Below are positions 37,725 through 43,414 of a DNA stretch of 43,414 nt, in pieces (positions within the stretch are counted from its first letter, which is position 1; each line of letters opens with the position of its first letter). The translations under genes were made by a program, and so were the position numbers. The stretch is taken from contig JAYUUN010000051.1 in the NCBI GenBank assembly GCA_043754535.1, positions 1 through 43,414 of the forward strand, written 5' to 3'. Source of the stretch: Chloroflexota bacterium (lineage in GTDB: Bacteria; Chloroflexota; Chloroflexia; QHBQ01). The notes under the pieces are model-generated. The model did not search any database and was not told the origin of the DNA. It saw nothing but the letters and a program-made list of their open reading frames with translations.

Positions 37725-39110
37725 ATGAACAACGAAGTTCCCTTCGAGCCGTTCAGGATCAAGACAATCGAGCCGATCCCGATCACTAGCCGCGCAGAGC
37801 GGGTGCGTTGGCTACACGAGGCAGACTACAATCTGTTTCGCCTACGTGCGGAGCAGGTGACGATTGATCTGCTGACCGATAGCGGCACTGGGGCGATGAG
37901 TGCGGCGCAGTGGGGGGCCATGTTGCAGGCCGACGAGAGCTATGCTGGGGCGCGCAGCTTCTACCGCTTGCAAGAGGCAGTGCGCGACATCACGGGGATG
38001 CCGCTGATGGTGCCAACCCACCAGGGTCGGGCGGCGGAGCAGATACTCTGCCACGTGATGCTACAAGTGGGTAGCCGCGTTCCCTCCAACCAGCACTTCG
38101 ACACCACTGGGGCGAACATCGAGGCGGTGCGCGCCCACGCCGACGAATTGGTGATCGAGGAGGCGCATGACCCGCAGAACCTCCACCCTTTCAAGGGCAA
38201 CATGGACCTGGATAGGCTGGCTGCTTATGTGGCCGAGCATCGCGGCAACATCCCTCTCGCCTGCCTGACCCTGACCAACAACAGTGGTGGCGGCCAGCCA
38301 GTCTCTCTCGCTAACGTGCGGGCGGTCAGTGCATTGCTGCGCCGCGAAGGTATCCCCTTCTTCCTAGACATCGCCCGCTATGCCGAAAACTGCTACTTCA
38401 TTCAGCAGCGTGAAGCAGGGCAGGAGGGCCGCGCCCCGATCGAGATCGCGCGCGAAATCTTCAGCCTGGCTGACGGCTGCTGGATGAGTGCTAAGAAGGA
38501 TGGGTTGGTCAACATCGGCGGCTTCATCGCTCTGCGCGACAGCAACCTCTATGACCAGATTTGCCAACGGCTGATCCTCACCGAGGGCTTCCCCACCTAT
38601 GGTGGCATGGCGGGCTACTCAATGGAAGCTCTGGCGGTCGGTCTCTACGAGGGGCTGGACGAACACTATCTTGCCTATCGCATCGCTCAGGCCCACGACC
38701 TGGGGGCGCGCCTGAAGGCGGGCGGCGTGCCGATCCTGGAGCCGGTTGGCGGCCACGCTGTCTACATTGATGCTCGCCGCTTCCTGCCAGCTATGCCCCA
38801 GAGCTACTTCCCGGCCCAGGCGATCTCAGTCGCCATGTACATCGAAGGGGGAGTACGCACAGTGGAGATCGGCAGCGTGATGTTTGGCCGCAGCGACGAG
38901 GCAGGCAGCGAGCAGTTTCCCGCTCTCGACCTGGTGCGCCTGACCTTGCCACGCCGCACCTACACCAGCAGCCACCTCAACTACGTGGCCGACGTGGGTA
39001 TCCGCGTCTACAAGCAACGCTCTGCCCTGGTGGGTCTGCGGATCACCCAGGCACCGCCAGCCCTACGCCACTTCACTGCCTACTTCGCCCAGCTTGAGGT
39101 GGGGGAATAA
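37725..39110 (+). CDS. tnaA: Tryptophanase (beta-eliminating lyase)
   Basis: EPFRIK, DLLTDSGT, MSAKKD (PLP lysine), EGFPTYGG; C-terminal LRHFTA (His as in TnaA rather than Phe as in tyrosine phenol-lyase). Confidence 0.85.
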   Translation: MNNEVPFEPFRIKTIEPIPITSRAERVRWLHEADYNLFRLRAEQVTIDLLTDSGTGAMSAAQWGAMLQADESYAGARSFYRLQEAVRDITGMPLMVPTHQGRAAEQILCHVMLQVGSRVPSNQHFDTTGANIEAVRAHADELVIEEAHDPQNLHPFKGNMDLDRLAAYVAEHRGNIPLACLTLTNNSGGGQPVSLANVRAVSALLRREGIPFFLDIARYAENCYFIQQREAGQEGRAPIEIAREIFSLADGCWMSAKKDGLVNIGGFIALRDSNLYDQICQRLILTEGFPTYGGMAGYSMEALAVGLYEGLDEHYLAYRIAQAHDLGARLKAGGVPILEPVGGHAVYIDARRFLPAMPQSYFPAQAISVAMYIEGGVRTVEIGSVMFGRSDEAGSEQFPALDLVRLTLPRRTYTSSHLNYVADVGIRVYKQRSALVGLRITQAPPALRHFTAYFAQLEVGE

Positions 39111-39123
39111 AGATGAAGCGGGC

Positions 39124-39314
39124 AAACAAATAACCCCGAAATTGCTCCCCCAAGCAAGATCAGGGCTATTTGTTTACTACAGGAAGGAAGGAAGGATGTG
39201 TGAAGATGTGGTCTCCACCGGAAGAAGCTAGCAGTCAACCCCACGTCGTTCCCCCAAACGGCGGGGGGCTGGCTGTTCGCTTTAGGAAGGAAGGGAAGGA
39301 GAAGTGTAGTGAAG
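39124..39314. repeat. Two ~104-nt units of hairpin (TCCCCCAA apex) + AGGAAGG tract + GTGAAG; candidate structured RNA
   Basis: Hairpins 39124-39175 and 39232-39275; TCCCCCAA at 39146 and 39250; purine tracts at 39181 and 39284. Confidence 0.65.
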
Positions 39315-39374
39315 TTGGCGGTTTGGCCTGCCAGTAAGTTAGGGTGGCAGCAGGAGCAGGCCGTCAGTTGGGAT

Positions 39375-39593
39375 TTAGCTTGCCAGAGCCAGTTCGCGTT
39401 GCTCTACGTACTGGTACTGGGGCTGTATGGGCGGCATGGCCGCGATTTGTTGGCGGGTAATCTGGATCAGGTCACGCACCGTCACCGTGTAGTATTCTTC
39501 GTCGCGTTGAGCGGTCAGGCGGCCTTCGGCAATAGCCTCGGCGAGATCAGCGATGGTGATCGTGCTATAGTTGTTTTCGTAATTCTGGTTCAT
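39375..39593 (-). CDS. 72-aa hypothetical protein, partial resemblance to MerR/excisionase-type winged HTH
   Basis: AAAGGAG RBS 7 nt before ATG; AIAEGRLTAQRDEEYYTVTVRDL pattern. Confidence 0.75.
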   Translation of the reverse strand: MNQNYENNYSTITIADLAEAIAEGRLTAQRDEEYYTVTVRDLIQITRQQIAAMPPIQPQYQYVEQRELALAS

Positions 39594-39644
39594 CTTGCTA
39601 CTCCTTTAACCCATCGCCGGTTTTGTTGCTTCGTTTCTGTATAA

Positions 39645-39660
39645 AGCAGAGACTGTGCCA
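39645..39660 (-). promoter_or_regulatory. sigma-54 (-24/-12) promoter, proximal
   Basis: TGGCACAGTCTCTGCT (GG-N10-GC). Confidence 0.7.
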
Positions 39661-39728
39661 CGATAGGGCTTGTTGCTTCGTAGGGCGGAAACCCGTTTGG
39701 TTCCGTTTACCTTCTTGCCATCTTACAA

Positions 39729-39744
39729 TGCAGAGTCCGTGCCA
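39729..39744 (-). promoter_or_regulatory. sigma-54 (-24/-12) promoter, distal
   Basis: TGGCACGGACTCTGCA (GG-N10-GC). Confidence 0.65.
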
Positions 39745-39922
39745 CTGCTTGCTGCCAGTGAGGGTTGCCCATTCAATCGGGCGGCGGTGCTGTGACCAAC
39801 CCTGCTTCGTTCTGTCCCTCGCATATATAACGCCGCAGGGTAAGCGAAGGTTTCAGTCAAAAGGGGTACAGGATTGTCTCTAATTCTGTTCTAATGGTTA
39901 GCCAGTTTGTGGCCCTGGTTCT

Positions 39923-40735
39923 TCACCTGCCAGGGTTGGGGGTAGCAACAAACCAGCGGGCGGCCAGCCGTGCCAGGGTGCCGTCGGCCTGGGCGTTGGC
40001 GATGGTTTCGTCTACCAGACGAGCTAGCTGGCGGCTCTGCTTGCCGACCGCCACCACATAGCCAGCCTCGCCCAGGTTGGCAACCGCTTTGTAGGCCGGG
40101 TAAGCAACCTGCCAGGCGGTGAACTCTAGCGGATCGGCCAGAGCCGCCGCCACCTGCCCAGCGGCTAGCGCATCCAGAGCAGCGGTGGGCGTGTCGAAAG
40201 TCGCCAGTTGCAGGCCACCAGTTGGGTGGTCACGCTGCCAGCGGCGGGCGGCCTCGTCGCTGTCGCTACCCAGTTGTGCGCCGAGCTTGCCAGCGGCAAT
40301 GTCGCTGAGGCTACGGGCGGTAGAGGCAGCAGGAACGACCAGCAGTGGCGCGGCGTTGAAGTAGGCGCGGCTGTAGATCAGGTCGTTGCTCCGCTCGTAG
40401 ATGAAGGGCAGGGCGGATACTATCGCGTCCACCTTGCCTTCGCCAAGAGCCTGGTAGAGACTGTCACTAGGGATGTTGCTAAAGGCCACCGCCACTCCCA
40501 GCCGCGCTCCGATCAACTTCGCCAAGTCAATGTCATAGCCGCTGTAGGCACCGTCGGCGTAGCTCTCAAAGGGGGGGTAGGTAGCATCGGTGGCGACCCG
40601 CAGCAGCCCACTAGCGCGTACCTGGGCCAACGCAAGGTCGGCTGGCTCCTGCCTGCCATAGTAGAGCAGCAAACCAACCGCAACCAGGGTGGTGACGGCC
40701 AACAGATCGAGGCCTATCAGCAACACCTTCTTCAT
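39923..40735 (-). CDS. Amino-acid-type ABC substrate-binding protein (SBP family 3), membrane-anchored
   Basis: LRVATDATYPPFE, GYDIDLA, C-terminal DGTLARLAARWF; N-terminal TM helix. Confidence 0.88.
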   Translation of the reverse strand: MKKVLLIGLDLLAVTTLVAVGLLLYYGRQEPADLALAQVRASGLLRVATDATYPPFESYADGAYSGYDIDLAKLIGARLGVAVAFSNIPSDSLYQALGEGKVDAIVSALPFIYERSNDLIYSRAYFNAAPLLVVPAASTARSLSDIAAGKLGAQLGSDSDEAARRWQRDHPTGGLQLATFDTPTAALDALAAGQVAAALADPLEFTAWQVAYPAYKAVANLGEAGYVVAVGKQSRQLARLVDETIANAQADGTLARLAARWFVATPNPGR

Positions 40736-41871
40736 GGTGAGGCCTCGGCCTTCTGCACCTCAAAGTAGATTGGCCGAGGTACGAAGTCAGGGGCGACGAA
40801 GGTGTAATGATCCATGTAGGTGTAGGCTGGCTTTGGCAGGCGGAAGGCCCAGAGGCTGACGCTGAGGCACCACGGCCAGTCGCGGTTTGCCCGCTCGTAG
40901 GCTGCGATGGTAGAGCGGATGCGCTCTGGCGGGCTGACCGCGTTTACCCAGCGGGGGCTGTCGTTCCAGCCACCCTCGGTGACGAACACCGGCTTACGTT
41001 GATCACCGTTGGCAACCATCACCGCCCTGATCTGCTCTACACGAGCGAAGTTGAGCTTGTCGGGGCCACTGGGGTCATCGGCTGGGGTGGTCAAGCCATA
41101 AGCGTGGACAGCCAGCGCATCGAAGTAGGGGCCGCCGCCTGCCTGGTAGACCGCCGTCAGGTAGCTGGTGTCGCGCATTGCCACGGGGCTGTCGGGTGGT
41201 TCCAGAGTGGGGGCAAGACCCGCCATCAAGATGGTAGCGGTTGGGTCAGCCGCCTTGACGCGGGGGTAGACGACCTTGAGCAGGGCAGCGTAGGCGGAGG
41301 GGTCTACACGCTGCCCACCCCACTCCCAGATGACGTTCGGTTCGTTCCAGATGATATAGTAATGCACCTGCCCCCGATAGCGCGCGACAAAGGTGGCAAC
41401 GAAATCGGCGTAGGCGGCGTAATGGTCGGGGTCAAGGCGGCTGAGACTGCTGTCAGGCGGGCGCGCCCAGGCTGGTACCATATCGATACGGGCGATCAAC
41501 AGTACGTTCGCTGCATTGGCCGCTGCCACCACCAGGTCAGGGTGCGCCCAGTCGTAGTGGCTTGCGTCGGTCTGCTGGATATAGAGCCAGGGGAAGTATT
41601 CTACCGCCCAGGTCGCCCCCATCGCGCGCACCATCTGCATCGTCTGGCTGATCTTCTGTGGGTCGGCCTCGTCAGTCAGGCGGGTGTGTACTCCCACCTT
41701 CGGGTTGCGCGGCTGGCTGAGGGGGGCAGCGGTTGGCACCAACGCAGGGGCAGGCGTAGAGGAGACTAGCGATCCACTCCGCGCCGCCTGCTGCACAAAG
41801 AGGCCAAGCAAGAGCAGGAGGATCGCCCCTCCAGGCAGCCAGCGCAGGCGATCATGATTGGGGCTTTGCAT
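40732..41871 (-). CDS. Clan GH-A glycoside hydrolase (GH5/GH39-like), exported
   Basis: IWNEPN acid/base, AVHAY, VFVTEGGW nucleophile; N-terminal TM/signal. Confidence 0.85.
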   Translation of the reverse strand: MQSPNHDRLRWLPGGAILLLLLGLFVQQAARSGSLVSSTPAPALVPTAAPLSQPRNPKVGVHTRLTDEADPQKISQTMQMVRAMGATWAVEYFPWLYIQQTDASHYDWAHPDLVVAAANAANVLLIARIDMVPAWARPPDSSLSRLDPDHYAAYADFVATFVARYRGQVHYYIIWNEPNVIWEWGGQRVDPSAYAALLKVVYPRVKAADPTATILMAGLAPTLEPPDSPVAMRDTSYLTAVYQAGGGPYFDALAVHAYGLTTPADDPSGPDKLNFARVEQIRAVMVANGDQRKPVFVTEGGWNDSPRWVNAVSPPERIRSTIAAYERANRDWPWCLSVSLWAFRLPKPAYTYMDHYTFVAPDFVPRPIYFEVQKAEASP

Positions 41872-42766
41872 CAGCCTTCGCTTCCTGTTTAACCAGGTGT
41901 TGGTCAGCGGCCCAAACTGGCTTGAACAGCACCCACTGACTGGGATGTGCGCCGATATGTCGCTCATAACTGGCGAGGATTTGGCTCATGATACGGGTCG
42001 AGTCGGCTTCGGTGTCACCGGTGCGGGTGGGTAGGATAGGCTCGTCCATCTCCACAGCGTAGCGGTCGTTGCCCAAGCGCACGCAGAAGATAGGCACGAT
42101 CACCGCCCCTGCTTGCATCGCCAGCCGTGCTGGGCCAGTGGGGATAGTGGCCGGGTCGCCGAAGAAGGGAAGGGTGAGACCCTTCTGCTCTGGATTGCGG
42201 TCGGCCAGGATGCCGATAATCCGCCCCTTCTTGAGGTCACGCACTGCCTGCAAGAGGGCTGCCGGGTTAGTCTCGGCTAGCTTGAGACCCTGACTACTAC
42301 GCAGGGCAGTTATGTACTCGGAGAGGAAGCGCGGCTCGAACAGGGCGATCAGGAAGGTAGCGTCCAGCCCCTTCGCGGTGAGCGTCTGGCTGACCATCTC
42401 GAAGGAGCCGAAGTGCGCGCTGGCGATTACCACGCCTTTGCCCTGGCGTACTGGGCCGATCAGCCGCTCCCACTGCTCCTCGCGGACGCGGGTCATCTGC
42501 AAGACTCGCGCAAGAGGCAGGCGTGGCAGGCGGCATAGCTCGTAGTAGTTCCGCACGTTGTTGCGAAAGACCGCCCGCACGGTGCGCGCCAGTCGTGCCT
42601 CGCTGACGTTGGGGCCAAGGACGTGGCGCATATTAGCAATGCAGATGGTGCGCGAAGTTTTGGCGTAGCGGTAACTGAGGTTGCCGAGCAGTCCGGCAAT
42701 GGCATAGCCAACCGGGGTTGGCAGGATAGCAATGATCGCCCGCAGAATACGCAGCAGTCGTCTCAT
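41852..42766 (-). CDS. Lysophospholipid acyltransferase family (LpxL/HtrB/PatA-like)
   Basis: SAHFGSFE, LADRN, FFG..A..PTGPARLA, HPSQW. Confidence 0.88.
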   Translation of the reverse strand: MRRLLRILRAIIAILPTPVGYAIAGLLGNLSYRYAKTSRTICIANMRHVLGPNVSEARLARTVRAVFRNNVRNYYELCRLPRLPLARVLQMTRVREEQWERLIGPVRQGKGVVIASAHFGSFEMVSQTLTAKGLDATFLIALFEPRFLSEYITALRSSQGLKLAETNPAALLQAVRDLKKGRIIGILADRNPEQKGLTLPFFGDPATIPTGPARLAMQAGAVIVPIFCVRLGNDRYAVEMDEPILPTRTGDTEADSTRIMSQILASYERHIGAHPSQWVLFKPVWAADQHLVKQEAKADAKPQS

Positions 42767-42963
42767 CTATGGTTGTTCCTCCTCTTGCACGCTGCAAGGC
42801 TCGCCTATTATAGCACACCCCAGCAGAAGCTGGCGGCTACGATCCTTGTACCCACCTCACCAGCGCAAGATTGTAAAAGGGGACACCTCATGCTCTGATA
42901 ATGGTTTAGCAAGCGATCAACTGCGCTAGCCAGCGTTGCTGTACAAATTGTGCAAACAGATAA

Positions 42964-42992
42964 TTGACAAAGCCGCCACAGTCTGCTAATAT
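42964..42992 (+). promoter_or_regulatory. sigma70 promoter for the right-edge gene
   Basis: TTGACA-17 nt-TAATAT with extended TG. Confidence 0.6.
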
Positions 42993-43120
42993 TATAAGAC
43001 GTGGGTTGCCCCAACACCATACAGCCCAGCGTAGAACAAGCAGAGAGGAGGAACTAAAAGGCAGAACCACAAACGTTTGGATAGAACAAGCAGAACCAAC
43101 TGCACAAGAAAGGCTAACAA

Positions 43121-43414
43121 ATGAAGTTCAAGAGAGTACAAGGTTTCCTGGCCTTGAGCCTGACCGCGATCATGCTGGTCTTCACCCTGGCTCAATCGGC
43201 CCTCCCCACTAGCGCAAGCAGTGTCGTCAGCGCAAACAAGGCTGCTGCCCCCGCAGCACAGGCCAAGACGGAGCAAAAGAAGGCTGAAGCCGCCAAGAAG
43301 GGTGCTACCGCCCTCACCGCCGCCGAAGTAGCCCCGAACATTGGTCAGGCCGTCAAGCGTAACGTCGGCCCCGATGCATGGGTGCAGCGCGCCCCGGTAC
43401 CGACGCGGGTAGGC
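43121..43414 (+). CDS. Secreted protein, 5' part only (runs off window; absent from ORF track); possibly Kelch-repeat
   Basis: MKFKRVQGFLALSLTAIMLVFTLAQSALPTSA signal peptide, Ala/Lys-rich linker, then WVQRAPVP; open to window end; GAAAGG RBS. Confidence 0.75.
   Translation, partial: MKFKRVQGFLALSLTAIMLVFTLAQSALPTSASSVVSANKAAAPAAQAKTEQKKAEAAKKGATALTAAEVAPNIGQAVKRNVGPDAWVQRAPVPTRVG

Noticed and set aside
39124..39314. CRISPR array
   Set aside because: Only two units, conserved segments are short and discontinuous, no repeat-spacer pattern and no cas genes
40807..41769. 320-aa plus-strand ORF
   Set aside because: Antisense shadow of the glycoside hydrolase

Overview
GC-rich bacterial chromosomal segment, most likely Chloroflexota (inferred from a secreted protein with the ETGH/ERARFE cell-surface repeat, an SLH-bearing S8 protease and the overall gene set). 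The first ~7.5 kb is an accessory, partly decayed module: a divergent Ser/Thr kinase gene running off the left edge, an atypical 738-aa sigma-70 factor with two region-4-like HTHs, a pseudogene remnant, a 1335-aa P-loop ATPase with a coiled-coil tail, a truncated GNAT-like gene and a ~340-bp internally deleted IS5-family element. The rest is mostly housekeeping and envelope genes: UvrA2/DrrC-like ATPase, ArsR regulator, selA, GNAT, GT-C-type membrane proteins, TrmH, a KdpD/KdpE-like pair, an S8 protease pseudogene, aroC, GT4, BlaI/M56, hppA, secDF, mce, tnaA, a solute-binding protein, a glycoside hydrolase and an acyltransferase. Non-coding highlights are tandem sigma-54 promoters upstream of a 72-aa gene followed by a duplicated hairpin/CU-tract motif, a pseudoknot-like element at ~7.1 kb, several structured intergenic regions and apparently leaderless genes. 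All family assignments come from motif recognition by eye; no searches were run.
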